Source: Trichosphaerium sp. ATCC 40318
Taxonomy: Eukaryota; Protista; Tubulinea
Reading direction: 5' to 3'
DNA: 64,000 bases
Assembly (NCBI GenBank): GCA_038496445.1
Contig: JALMLS010000507.1
Coordinates: 1 to 64,000 of the forward strand
Below are positions 1-13,570 of the stretch, piece by piece. The position numbers and the translations under genes are program-made. Each line of letters opens with the position of its first letter. The first letter of the stretch is position 1. A model generated the notes under the pieces. That model ran no database searches. It saw only the letters and a list, made by a program, of their open reading frames with translations, and had not been told where the DNA came from.

Positions 1-429
1 ATGGAATAATAAGTATTTATTTAACCGCTATTTAAGGTTGTGATATACGGGCAAAATACAGTTTCCATTTTTTTCGCTGATGAACAATATCTATGTCCTC
101 CTCCACCTACTCTTCCTCCGCCTACAAACCCTCCTAATACATCTCCTCCATCTACAAAACCTCCCGCAAGCGCACCCTTTGTAACTCCGTCAAACGTACT
201 GTCGCCTGATGCAGTTCAAACACGTTCGCCATCAGTACAACCAAGTGTGAGTAACTCGCCAATTGATTCAAGTGTTCCAAGTGAAGAACCTACAACACAG
301 AGCCCTGATTTACATCCAACAATTTCCAACACTACTTTAGCATCAAGTGCATTTATGTTGGAAACCAAAACAAGTTCGATTTTCCTCTCAGGATATTTGA
401 TAATGTGTCTTTTACTGGTCGGAATGTAA
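1..429 (+). CDS. 3' part of a cell-surface protein with a Pro/Ser/Thr-rich stalk and C-terminal hydrophobic anchor; tandem paralog of 1106-2921 (5' end outside window)
   Basis: ORF 40-429 has a P/S/T-rich stalk and hydrophobic tail (IFLSGYLIMCLLLVGM). Nucleotides 1-110 and about 165-300 are near-identical to 2553-2660 and about 2690-2822, including the short intron. Confidence 0.75.
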
Positions 430-1105
430 TCGAACAACTAATAAACTGTTTTTTTCGTGTTGTATTAATTAGTATGAAAACCAGAATCTGGTACTAGAGG
501 TATTATCTATTCGCTAAGTGCTACGATCACAAACTAAGTTGAGTCAAGATGCACTGACTAGGTAATAAAAACATCACGTGTTTCACTACATGAAGTGTTT
601 TTGAGATCACATTTATTGAATTAATGGCAAAAACTTTCATTATGACAAATCTCGGCATTTGAGAAATCTTCCGCTAATGCTAAAAGTGCTTAAAAAGGTA
701 ACCTTCTTGTTAGAGTTCATAAGTGAGATCATAAAAGCACTAAATCGCTAAGCACTGTAATGCGTCCATAGCCTCCAGATATAGGCTTTATCAAACCACA
801 GAAAGTAATTTTACACCAAAACAGCCGCAATAAATTTTCTCAGTAATGTACTTTAACCCAGTGTGGACTAATTCTGGTTCTTTGTGACATAAACACAATG
901 GCAGATACGTGCTGAAAACATTGCGATTACTACGGTAAACCACAACTTACTAGTCTGCAGGTTAGTTGAAAAGAGGATACAAGTGAACAAACTGAAGAGG
1001 TTCTTTGAGTTGTTGCCATGTAAAGGACATAAATACTAGGTGCACTATGATCCACTATGGTTAACAACCCTTATTTTTCCTATTCACACACCTTCGTTGT
1101 ACACA

Positions 1106-2921
1106 ATGAATACAACATATCACACCACTACGCTATTGGTTCTTTTTGTATTGCTTTCATTTCAATGTACCTTCAATACCTTCTTGCGTAACCTATTAAT
1201 TACAACTAGCGTTTGCTTTGGAGCTTAACGAATGGAGCAATTTGCGTACCTTGGGTCTGGAACAAGTACTGGAGAGCATGGATGAAGAGCTACTTGATCC
1301 GGTCATCACTAGTGGAACCATACTCGGCAAAGGAGATGTTGTCTGTTTAGCTGTTCGTATCGGTATTAATACTGTGGATGGATATTTAAATCAAACTGGT
1401 TTTGCTGTTATGATGGGTACACTCGAAGGCAAGCACTTGTTTTTATAATATTCACGTGCTGATTAACGTATTTTCTTAGAAATTTCTGGTGGAACTGCAA
1501 GTGTCCATAGAGTATCAGTACCGTGGCTTACTTACAAATTGTCTACGGGAATGATGAGTTTGCTGTGTTAACTCGAGACGCGCTTGGTCGCGATAACTTT
1601 ACCATGTACCTACGATTTATTGGATACAACGGAGGCGTACGTACTGTATATCAATATCGTTATCTAATGTTCACTAGCTAACGGTTTCAGAGCCTCTTGA
1701 ACTACTTAGGGATAGCACCTGGTTTGATGCAGATTATGGCTTCTCCTTCGCTAGAAGTGCGTTTCGTTATACAAAGTTACATGTATTGATAATAATCTGA
1801 TACTTTAGCTACAAATACATACATGATTGTGACACCAGGATTGTACCCTATCTTTGTGAATGAAGACAAACAAGTTCGAAAGATGCATACTAACTGTGCG
1901 TTTAAAGAGCACTAAATACTTAAATACTAACCTCTTTTAGTTAGTAACGCAGGATACAAAAGATACACTACAGCAGTTGCCGTGGATGAATGCTTCCTTT
2001 TCTTTTATCGTACATTCCGCGATACTGACATCTATACGCAGTATATCACTTCTCCCTATACCGAGGTAAACAGAAACAAAAGAGTTCAAATGAGAAAGTT
2101 GGTTTTTCTTACTTTTCAGCTAGATATTGAGTACTGTTTCTGCCGGAAGAACTGCCTCGTTCTTAAAAAGTACAGCATACGCTCCGGTAACCAAACATGC
2201 GGCAGTGTTTCTATACACAAAACACAGTAAATCTCTGTTACTTCAACGTCTATCATTGGATTGTACAAACCCGGGACGACTAAAAGTTCACTACAATTCT
2301 CTCTCACAACACTTTGCAATTGATCTAAATTCAAACAATGTGGTTATGGCTCCTTCTTCGCACCAGAAACTAGACTTTATTGCATCTGTGATAAGAACAT
2401 ATCGTACTAGAAGGACAGTTCTTAATTCCATAACAAGTAACAACAACGTGATTACAAATATTCTACCAAATGAACCATATCAACCTGTAACTCAGGATGT
2501 AGCTTGGATATCCCATGATGGAACAAGATGTGGTATTGGCGTTGTACGTGCCATGGAATAGCAAGTATTTATTTAACCACTATTTAAGGTCGTGACACAA
2601 GGACAAAAGACAGTTTCCATTTTTTTCGCTGATGAACAATATCTATGTCCTCCTCCACCTCCTTCAACGTCGTCGCCTACCTCTCCTTCAACAAGTGCAC
2701 CTTTTGTATCTCCATCAAACGTGCTATCGCCTGATGCAGTTCAAACACGTTCGCCATCAGTACAGCCAAGTGTGAGCAACTCGCCAATTGATTCAAGTGT
2801 TCCAAGTGAAGAACCTACAACAAACGACACTCCAACATCAACTGCAGTTATATTGGAAACCAAAATAAGTTTGATTCTCCTCTCAGTATGTTTGATAATA
2901 TGTCTTTTACACAACCAATAA
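1106..2921 (+). CDS. Multi-exon secreted or surface protein with signal peptide, P/S/T stalk and C-terminal TM/GPI-like tail; possible frameshift near 1500-1540
   Basis: MNTTYHTTTLLVLFVLLSFQ signal-like start, short GT-AG introns and one GC-AG intron (about 1429-1479). Last exon is ORF 2592-2921. Exon 3 could not be kept in a single frame. Confidence 0.65.
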
Positions 2922-3391
2922 AAAAACTCTTTGCTTTCCAGTTGATATATTTTGCAAACCATCTCGTTTTAAAAAGGTACAACAATTACAGGATGCACGC
3001 TATAGGTAAACTCTCCGATTACGGCTACTATATCTTCTAGTTGTTGTACGAGGAGTGTGAACACCGTACATTACAATAAATACAGAAAACAACAGCAATA
3101 AAATCATTAATTGGTTTAATCTCTTTTTTTCTTAAATTAATTACATTATACAACTAAGCGTAAAAAGCATGATCAGGCGCACTATCTACATTAAACAAAA
3201 AAGAGCAAGAAGAAGAGGGAAGGAATAAGCCAAAAACCCCAACTCTCAACCCTCTCACCCTTTACAAAGTGCACCACACACATGTAATTTTAGACCTTAC
3301 ACGGAGCTCCACGCTAAGAGATTCTTCTTTTGTTGGTTCTCAAAATCAAAAGAAAAAATCAACTGTTTTCATCTTCATCCCATAGATCTAT

Positions 3392-5160
3392 CTAAGGATC
3401 GAGTTCTTGACTATTTTTGTTCACCACTAAACAAAAAAAAAATAAGCAACATGTTTTTTTGTTCAAACATTCTTACACTTATTCCTACGACCTCTAGGAG
3501 ACATATGCCTTCTTGGTGATACTGCAGGTACTTCTTCTTTAGCTTTAACAACCTTAATAGGCTCAGGTTTCACCACAGGTGGAGCACTACCATTGGCTGA
3601 AAAAGTAACAGATTTTGTTCTTTCAGATAAAGGCTGAGCATGTCCCAAAGGTGCCGCAACGCTTACTTGAGAATCTGATCCGGCTTGAGGTGGGAGACTA
3701 GCTGTAGAAGATGTATTCGAAGCCTCTGAAGGAGTAGAATGTGAAGAATGTGTTGACAAACTATGAAGTCCTCCAGCAGCTGCTGTTGTTCTTTGAATCT
3801 GTTTCGGTTTATCCTTTCCGCTTGATAGGTTCTTCATACGCATCATTTGCTGCGCTTTTGACTTTGGTTTGTTTCCAAGAATCTCGTTAAGTTCTTCAAT
3901 CTTTGAATTAGATCCTATAGGCTCTACATTACCCTTTTTGGCTTCTTCAATGTATTGTTCAATATCTTCTTCGCTCAAAAGTTCTTCGATTGCACGAAGT
4001 TTTTCTTGCAAAGTAAACTGCTCCTGCAAGCGACGACGCTCTTCCGCTTCATATTCAGCAAGTTTTTCAAGCGTTTTAACACGTTCATGGAGTTTATCAT
4101 TTTTTTCCTTCAGTAGCTCGTTTTGGCGATATAGCACTTTATTTACTTCTAGAGCTTCTTTAATAGCCTCTTCTGTACGCTCAGATCGCCTATAAACAAA
4201 ATAAGACCTCTAGGAAGAAGAAAAAAATAATCCAATAAAAGGTATTGGACAGTATCGGAAGATAAAATTAATCTCGTTGCATACTGTTTGTAAAATTCCA
4301 TTCTTTGATTTTGTTGATCATCAGTAAGGTCAGATATACGTAGCACTGTCTCATCAAAGTCAACTTTAACACCATCAAGCACACTCAGCTCCTTAGCCAT
4401 CGTCAGAAGCGTTTAAATAGAAAAAAAAAAAGCAAACAACAAAATGGTTTTTGTAGACTAGAAATTCGCTTGTGCTTCGAAGTGCATGCTTCATACAAAG
4501 CTAACGCCGTCGTTGCTACAAAAAAAGAACCCGCAAACGTACATTTTTCACCAAATGTCGTAGACGTGATACTTCGTTTTGAATGGTACCAATAGGATTC
4601 TTCTTCATAGACAGTACTTCAATCTTAATCTTAAAAATGTAGAGATACAATAGAAGAGCTTCAGGTGTTTCGCCTACGCGTAGATGAGTAAAAAAAATTA
4701 TAGATTATCAGCATTTTGTTGCTTTTATGTCGTCTTACCTTCTACAATAGCATCTGGACTCAATAATGGAGGAATATCTAAGTACTTTTCTAACTGAAAC
4801 ACTGTTGCAAGTAATCTCTTTTTATCAGTCTACAATTAAAAACAATTAGTTAAAGAGCCTCTCCACAAATAAAACAATAAAAGGAAAGGAAGAAAAAACC
4901 GTTACCATTTCAAATTGATCCAAATCTACAAGTTTGTGATCAACAGCATGTAGCAACGCCAAGAAGGGTACGCCATTTGAAAAACTAAGCCACCAGAGTC
5001 AGAGCCAATAATAAAAGAAACACAAAACAAAACAAAAAAAGAACAGAAACAACGACGCACCTGTTCAATCCAGTAATCTTAACGTGAGAGTATGAACGAA
5101 GTTGGTGACGAACCCAAGCCAATACGTCATCTCGTATCTCAGTAAAGTTCTCTAAGGTAA
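3392..5160 (-). CDS. Calponin-homology (CH) domain plus coiled-coil protein, probably cytoskeletal; 5' end uncertain
   Basis: Spliced exons give DVLAWVRHQLRSYSHVKITGLN..SNGVPFLALLHAVDHKLVDLDQF..LEKYLDIPPLL, which resembles CH2 of alpha-actinin/spectrin. It probably splices (about 4541 to 4391) into coiled-coil ORFs 4149-4400 and 3463-4137. Confidence 0.65.
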
Positions 5161-5408
5161 AAATGAGTAAGCAGACAAAAAAGAAAAAAAAAATGTCGAT
5201 AGAGGGATACCAAGTGTGAATTAATAAATAATTAAATATAAAATACGATACGCATACTAGAAAGTTTGTCACGGTACAGCAAGAAGGATAACGAGCGCTA
5301 ACGCGATTTAAAAAATATGAAAATTGTTTAACCGTATTCTTTCTTGCTGTAACGTTTACAAAACGGCGTTCGTTGGTAAGCGCTACTACTGCAGTGGCGC
5401 TTGCCTTA

Positions 5409-7058
5409 CTAAACACCAAAATTACCTATTTCATATACATAGTTCATATCCTTTCGTATACCAGTGTAGCGCGGACTCAGAGCGCCTGAATACCGCGGAG
5501 ATGTAGATAAACCAGCTACTGTTAACGAGCGTTCCCGATTACCGTATCGATTCTTCCTCGAGCCTTTGCGTATGTTACTCACCGCGAATATAAAGTAAAC
5601 TGCTTTTGAAGCAGCGAAAAAAGTCAAAAATAGTTTGACCGCCACTTAAGCTTAGAAGCTACAAAAAAATACACGAAGGCAATTGGTAGGCAATACATAC
5701 ACAAATAACATACGAAAACCAAAAAAAAAAAAATTCAAAAATTGAAAACCGCTACGAACATAGCCGAAAGCACAGCTCTATAGTTCTGCTTGGCTAAAAT
5801 GCAACTAGAAAATATTATGTACCAGTCATCGAGCCTGGAGGCGGAGGAGATATTTCAGCATGTTTGAAGCCAAATCGTGGCGACTCGCTACCAGACGTCT
5901 ACACAAGTAAGCATCATAGTCATAACGGTGTATATAGCAACGTACGATGGATTTATCAGAACCAGACCTTACCATATCAACATCTCCATCAGACGAATTG
6001 GTAGAATCCTGTGTGCCTCTACGCAACTACTCAAAGAATAAACAAAACCATTAAATATTGTGGTACAAAAAATAAATTGTTTTTCAAAAAAAGAAGAAAA
6101 GTATGTTCCAAATTTTGACGTACTCTGCCTCTTGGTTTTGATGATTTATCCTTTCTCAACCGTTTTGCCCTGCGTACTACTCTAATCTCATTGCTCTTTT
6201 TAATCTCATTAGCACCTCTATGTCCTCTTGGAGTTTTTTGTCTCTTATTCTGTTTGTTTTCATTCTCAATGTACGCACGCTAAAAAACACGATGTCAAAA
6301 CACAAATGAAAATAAAACCAATATTTAAAGGTTCTAAAGCAAACTAAACATACCAAAAAATGAGCACGCCAAGCCGAAGAAGCGCCATGGTTACTTGCGA
6401 GAGCAAGCTCCTATTATAAGTGTCAAAGACTGCACAAAAACAAAAACATTACAAATAAGGCAAAAAAAAAACAACAAAACATCTAAATAAGCGTTGATTT
6501 CCATTCAAGTTGTTGCAAAGGCGTTATGGTAAGTAAATAAAAAAAAATAGTGTTTATTGCTTTTGTCAATAAACCTTCTATGCTCTAAAGGCGTACCTTG
6601 GTGATTGGGAAGTGCTCAAGATATAGTGGATACCAAAAAGAGTCTGAATACAATAATGCGTGCCAATATTTGCAGACACGACTGCAAAGGCATAGGTGTC
6701 GTATATCGAAATATTTGAATACTTTGTACATGACCTACACCCATTTGTAATTAGAAAGACGTTTGCATAATTAGGAATAAACGCATAAAAAGAGCTGCTA
6801 GGCATGTTTAAAGACACATAGCCGTTGCATAAATAAAATTGCTTGACATTGAACGTTTTGGTGTGGTTTTGACGAAAAACATACGTCTTCGGGGAGTCCA
6901 TTGCCTGATTTCTTTAGAGAGGCCATTGCCTTTTGAAAGGCGTTGAGCGCGTCCTTTTCGGCAAAGTTGTATAAGGCGCTTTGGTTTTCTATTGCTTTGA
7001 GTTGTTTAACTCGCTTTTTTTCATTTTTTCGTTTTTGGCTCCGATCGGTCAGAGGCAC
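5409..7058 (-). CDS. Spliced exons of a basic, low-complexity hypothetical protein; may be the 5' part of the CH-domain gene
   Basis: Exons bounded by GT-AG, e.g. ELALASNHGASSAWRAHFL | RAYIENENKQNKRQKTPRGHRG.. | LRRGTQDSTNSSDGDVDM. No recognisable domain. Confidence 0.4.
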
Positions 7059-7894
7059 GCCATTCTCGCTAGAATATTGCTTAGAATATTGTTGTCACTT
7101 GTACACATAAAACAACAATATCTAGAGCCAAACAACGAGGTTTCTAAAATCAGGTCGCAATCGTCTCGAAACGTACTCTAGATCGCTAGATTTTCGCACA
7201 ACGCTCATCCTCGCCACTTGTAATAACCTCTTAGTACTTTAAATTTAGGGTGCACTTTTGCAGCTGTATAACTAAGGGTCTACGTATACACTTGGCTACT
7301 ATGCTCCGTGCTGGCGCCAGAGTTGCAAGCACTTTGTAATTCCAACTTAATAAGGTGTATCGAACTAAAGTCCCAAAGTACCATCTAGCTGAACTCGCAA
7401 GTAGGCACGTTAGCACAATTGAGGTCTTGATTTCAAAGCTGTCCATTTTCAAAATCGGACTTACCGCAATATCTAAATGAAATGGCTTTTTATTAGTGCC
7501 ATACGCCTAGATATTGGACAAGCTCGGACTCTCTTTCTTTTCGAGAATTCAAACGGAGTGTCATTATTTTTCTTTTGTGCTACGCGTTGTAAGGTTACGT
7601 ATCAACTAGTTTCTGTCATAACGCAATACATTTGTCACAAAATGAGTAAGTTTACCCTTTTGCCTTTTTTTAGTTTTAGCGCTTAGATTATACGAACAAA
7701 CGTCACCTTCATGGTTATGGTATTAGTTAATTACTTAAAACCCTCAGTACTCAAAAGCGCCAGATGATGTTTTACCCTTGCAGTAGTATCACACTGCGGC
7801 AGCTGCGTTCCTGGCATTGTCCTCAGCAAGTCTTATAAGCGTAAAAGAAAAGAGGAAGCAATAAAAAACTGGTTTATTGGTTTTTTCAAAAAAA

Positions 7895-10800
7895 TCAAAA
7901 GTCGGCAGACATGATATTATTCCAAACCTCTATTGATAGTTTTGGGTTTGATACTGAAGCAAATTTTACTGTTAAAGATATAGAATCTGATGAGAAGAGA
8001 GTGAACATGTTATCTTGCCACGTGACTGGTAATACAGGTTTACCGTTTTCTCCATCAAGAATCTGAGCATGGATAAAAAAAGCAACATGAGATGTTGGGT
8101 TTGTAATTGTAACACGTGCTGTAGTTTCACCTTTTGAAGTATTCTCTATAGTCATACTTGATGTCAAGGTTATCTTTGGTAGCCCTTCTAGTTCGTTGAA
8201 ATCAGAGAATTGAGCACAAGCTGTTTGGTAAAATGTTGATTTTTTCCAATCCAACACATCTCCTTTTGATGATTTCCAATACGTGTTTCTAAACATTTGA
8301 TCTTCCACGTGATATGTCACGTGTATAAAATAGAATTTTATATTTGGGTGTACTTTAGGTAATTCAAATATCTTAAGGGTACCATCGCTGGGTATAGAAA
8401 GGGAATCTTGCGATTTGGAATCGATAATATTTCCCTCAATATCATAAATTGTAGCAGAAATCTTTGTTGCTGTTTGTACAGTATACAAAGAGTTTACTGC
8501 CCATATTGAATCATCGTAATAGTTATATTGAATATTAACAGGTGTCAAGGCTTTCTTAGTACCAAAGTAGGAGCCACTTGGATTCAAGTAGTAATCGTAC
8601 AAATGCCTTAACAAGAGCCGGTTAAGAGGCTTACTGAAAAAAAAAGTGTTTGGTACCATATCATTTCTGGCCAAGCATTGTTAAGCATCCATTGTATAAC
8701 ACCAGTTGAATGGTATTTATACTGCGAATATGATTCAAACATTGCACGATGGCCTTCATAAGCAGCGACCTAGAAAAGATTTATTTTTTTTCCTTTTCAA
8801 AAAATCCTGAATAACTATCTTGTTTTTTGTGTTTGTACCTGCGATCTATACAAGAAAGTCTTCGCTGAGTTGGATTTACCATATCTAGCATCTTGTGCAG
8901 GTGTGAAATACTTCAAAGAACCAAATAACCCTTCTGTATTACCACAGTGGTAATTCCAATATTCGTTCACAGGCCATTTTATCTTGAGGAATAGTATCAA
9001 CTAACGATTCGTATGGCATTGGCGCTCCACCAGGACCACCTATATTACCAAAAGTCAATCAATAGAATAAGATGAATTATACGGTATCTCCTGTACCTTC
9101 TGTTAAAAACCCAAAAGCTCCACCGAGTTTCTTCTCCTCTGCTCCAATGTACCAGTAATCTAACAAAATCATAAATAATGAATCTTTCAGTATAATCTTT
9201 TGAGGTGCGTACCAGGAGGCACCCAAGCGTATGGTCCAGACATTTTAACACCTGTGGGCCCAGTTATAGATGATGTTAATGCAGATGCAGAAGCAAGAGT
9301 AGGAAGCACCCAGTTCTGTTCTTTGAAAATTGAAAGGTACCTACAGAAAAATCAGTATCGATTGTTCTTTCGCATTGGCTTTATCGCACTCATTCTCAAC
9401 CTTTGATGGTGGTAGTTCATCACTACTGTATAGAAATACGAGTATAGATGCGTGAATACGTAATCGTTTGATTTGAGAACGCAAAGAATCACCAGAAACA
9501 GTATACCTTGAATTGTATTAGAAAGGCTCTTGAATGCATGTAAAAATGTCAAAATTCCGACTAAACTTCACTTACTGTTCTGGTCCCCAATGGCTCCAAT
9601 GTTGCCATGCATCACAGCAACACCATCCAGGCATCAATAATATTCCAAGTGAGTCAGCAAGTTCAAAAAAATAGTCATTTCCAAATTTCCCTTCAAGGCG
9701 AATTGCATTGAGATTAAGATCAACAATATACTCAAACTCCTTTCTCATTTTAGCTGGATCCATCCTATAAAATAGATCAGGTGACCAACCAGCACCTCGT
9801 ATGAGTATAGGCTATAACAAAAGAATAGTTTAGATCCGTGATTTTTGTAAAAAACAAGAAGAGATGCCGTACCTTGTTGTTTACCTTGTATAACCTGTAA
9901 CCTTCGGATGTCAATTCTGAAGTTGCTTGGCGTATACCGAACTTTACTGTCAAATTATCGCTTTGTGTTGACTCACCAGTAACAGTGAATGATATTGATA
10001 GATTATGAAGTGTAGGAGAGCCCATTTGTCGAGGCCACCTGTCAAAAAGAAAAAGTTTCAGTTGGAGAATATGTTAAAGATTGTTTTACCAAAGTTCAGG
10101 ATTTGCCACATTAAGAGAGCTGAAAGAATCGTTTTTGAAGAAAACAGGTTTTGTTGATAACCCATCAATTGTTACGTCCATCTTTAGTCTACCAATACCT
10201 TCTACAATAGCATCAACACTACCAGAGATGGCTTGTTTATTGTGATTTGTCAGTTCAACCATGATATTTAGGTGTGCCATTTTCTCTCCATTTGAAAGTG
10301 TTGTTTCAACTTGAGGGTATCTAGTTCGATTAAAACGTACAATTGAAGTTAAATCAGTACCTAACAGTTACACCACCATTAAAAGATAGCGATACAGACC
10401 TCCATAAACCCATATTTGCATCTGGCGGATTAGGAGCCCAATCAACAAAAGAGATCGCAAGATCAGTGTCTGGATGACCACCTAATGCCCGATCTATTGG
10501 TTTGAATGTCTCAACAGCAAGTACATTCATGCTTTTATCATTGTATAGAGGCGTTATATCAAAATCGAAGTATCTAAAAGTACCAACGACGTCTTTTACG
10601 TCACCAATTTTCTGACCGTTAAACCAAACCTAAAGAAAAACCTCATGTCAGTTCCACTTCAAGAAAACTTTTCAGATGATAGTGTGTCGTACATTGGCTT
10701 TATAGTTTATTCCTTTGAATGTGAGTTGAGCATTATTGCCTTTCATAGGAGCACTAAACTGGCAACGATACCACCAAGAGTTATCAAATTTTGAAGTTGA

Positions 10801-11224
10801 AACATTTTGTAGGTTTAACCCATAAAAAGGGTCTTTGTATACACCATTAGCTACCAAAGACGCCATGACTGTAGATGGTAACGTGGCATTGTACCTATAA
10901 AAGAACACGTGAGAAACCAACAGTAACTATTACACGACGTAAGCGAAAGAGACCTGTCGTATGGCAGGCGAAAAGGCTTCGCCATTTTCGCTTTTTTTTT
11001 GGTTTTTTGACAAAAACGAAAAAATTTTCTAAAAGCCGTAGAGCGCACCATCCTTCTGGTTTGAAGGTATCTCTTGATATATCAGCTCCATTTGGGTTCG
11101 TTAAAGCAGTTGTGGATTGAAGTTTACATTCAGAAAGCTCAATAACACTGCTAATGGCTGTACAATACGTCGCGAAGAGAAAAACGCAACAAACAGTCAG
11201 AGATGAACGGTTGTTGCTCCACAT
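7895..11224 (-). CDS. Secreted glycoside hydrolase family 2, exo-beta-D-glucosaminidase (CsxA-like)
   Basis: Signal peptide MWSNNRSSLTVCCVFLFATYCTA. Motifs include ATLPSTVMASLVANGVYKDPFYGLN, WWYR, LAISFVDWAPNPPDANMGLW, LNAIRLEGK, GILLMPGWCCCDAWQ, KMSGPYAWVPP, HLYDYYLNPSGSYFGTKKA and PVLPVTWQDN. Confidence 0.88.
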
Positions 11225-11460
11225 GCTGATATCATAGTAGAGAGCTCTTTTTTCATAGATTACGTACATTTGAAGCACGTGGATGGTTTCGTCTGAAGTA
11301 AAAAATACACCAATACCGCCAGACCGCAATAATACCACAGAGTTTTCGTTTTCAAGGTCCACAAAAGTCCACGACCATGGCTGAAGTGGTGCCACTTTAA
11401 TCCAATTTTGTTTTCCTTCATGTGCTAAACAACACGTTCTTTGTATCATGTACTAGTATT

Positions 11461-13391
11461 CTAGTACAAATTAGAAAATGGCCATGTTGAGTTGATGTGC
11501 CTTTGAAGCGATCTTTTTCTCTTCGTTTTAAAACGTGACCAGTTCCAGTTTATTTGTGGATAGTGGTCCTGTAACATGTAAGGAAAATATCTAACAACGC
11601 CCTGACCACCCAAAGCAACGAGTTGTTGATGAGAGACACGATACCTTCGAAGTGAGTAAGAATCAATTGCAAAAAAAGGTTCAACGAACCAGGTTTCTGG
11701 AGCGTCAATGTGGAGTGTTGCTTCAGCCTTTTCAACAAAAGCAGCCATATTGGTTATTTCTTTCCAAAAACCAGGAGGCTTTGAGTCTCCAGCGATGGCT
11801 ATTGACCGCTTTCGTTTATACTTTTTTCTAGGCTTAACAAGAAGAGGCGGCTTAACACTAGATACCTGTTAGTGCTGTAGAAGCGTGTACACGTTTCTGT
11901 TTTATTACTCACTCTCTAAAGTTCCATGGATGCGCTGGGTATAAAAGTTTGAGTACCTGTGTAAGTGTGTATCCGCTATAAGACAAACAAGTAAGTTCAT
12001 ATTTTTGTTATGTATTTCGTTACCTTTTTAACCCTATTTTGGCTCCATGTGCGTGGAACAAATATGGCTTTATAGTTTCCCAGTCATCGAGTACCTTAAT
12101 GTTGAGCTTGTCGGCAATCCGGTCCAAATCTCTTTTGACTTTGGCGTGAGAATCACTTTGAAAAACGTTAGTTAGGATGATCATCCTTGGTCTTATTGCA
12201 ACATACACAAACTTGTAGCTGAGCCAAGTAACCAAAGGGAAAGCTGTCGCGAGTACATTCTCTAAGGATCTACCATACCTAAGTAATTTCGTAAGCACCT
12301 AATTGTGAATTTCAAACGTACTGTAGTAACAACTTCTTCCCACCATTTTCGCTAACAGTTTTTGAACTCACTGAGTACCAATCATCTAGGGTATATATTC
12401 CGAGAGTAGACGCTAAAGAATTTACCTTGGCGGCTGTTGTTGATTTTTTATGAACCAGAAGATCCGTGCTGGGAAGAATAAAGTTAAACAAAGTCATCTT
12501 CCTAGAACATACTCGAATTTCCAGAGTAGCCATTTATAACTTGGAAAAGCAAGTCGTAGAGCTTCGCCGAGCGTCTTGTCTATTACTCTACTACCGCCTG
12601 CATATCCTCGTGCATCCTCAGTAGTCAAGTTGTACCATTGACTACAATCTTTAATGTTTAAATGTTCAGCTAAAGTTTCAAGCCAAGCACGAGGTGTTTT
12701 CATGTTATCGACGTATTTAGTAGGAGAACAACTTGCAAAGGAGTTATTTGCATGTACAAAGAAGTGACGGTAGCGTACTTGAAGTCATTGTCAGACCATT
12801 TATAATTCGGGTATATAGTTTTAAGAGCGTTGGCAATAGAGTGACAGTACCTAGAGAAAATATTGAACGGGTTGAAGCGTTTGGGTACTAAAAAAGCAGT
12901 AATCTAAAAAAAAAAATGTACTTGAACATGACACCACCGCCTCCTTCGTTGCTAACATCAGACGGTGTGCACTGGTACCAATCAGCCATTACTTTGTAGT
13001 TACGCTTTTGTGCAATGTAATTAAAACACGTGCGCTGATTTTCAATATCATGCCAATACCCACTTGGAGCAGAACTAATAGTGCGTGAGCAGCAATAATT
13101 ATGGGTTTTCAACTCTGTGGCAACTTACACAAATTTCCATGGAAGCCAGTTGTATTTTGGGTAAACGGCGGATAACGTTGCGAATATTGAGTTTGCATAC
13201 GCATTTAATAGTGCTGATGCACCTGCTTCTGACATTTTAGCTGCTGTTACGCCATACCAATCGCTTTTACATAGAATGCGTAATTTAGGAGCGACAGTAT
13301 CATCTAGACATTTTTGGCGGTTTGTAATCTCGTTCCAGTAGCCTTTTGGAAGCTTTTGTACTCGCTTGGTCGCTCTAACAGATAATCTCAT
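11461..13391 (-). CDS. Tandem helical-repeat protein (repeat about DWY.V....GG..LL..Y..S....L...YP.Y.W.PWKF...P.GYW), possibly mitochondrion-targeted
   Basis: About 6 copies of the repeat are visible in ORFs 13125-13406, 12888-13112, 12494-12703, 12312-12533, 12020-12298 and 11461-11748. N-terminus MRLSVRATKRVQK is basic and lacks acidic residues. Confidence 0.7.
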
Positions 13392-13570
13392 TACAGCGTT
13401 TACCACGCTATGGTGGCGAGAGTGAAGTTGGGGTACAGTTTATACGTGTCACTTAGAGCGAAAGACCTGATGCCGCTTAAACTCGTTGTAGACCTTGACA
13501 ATTTGTGGATTTATGAGGTTCTTGGTTGTTTGTACAATTATTTATTTTACATCTTGTTTTTACTTGTCGT

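Noticed and set aside
3360-3394. TAG readthrough or stop-codon reassignment (protein-like IDLWDEDENS after a TAG; also a TAG in the V-ATPase paralog)
   Set aside because: Several genes end normally in TAG (e.g. 34593, 39469), conserved genes show no in-frame TAG, and the V-ATPase case also needs a frame change.
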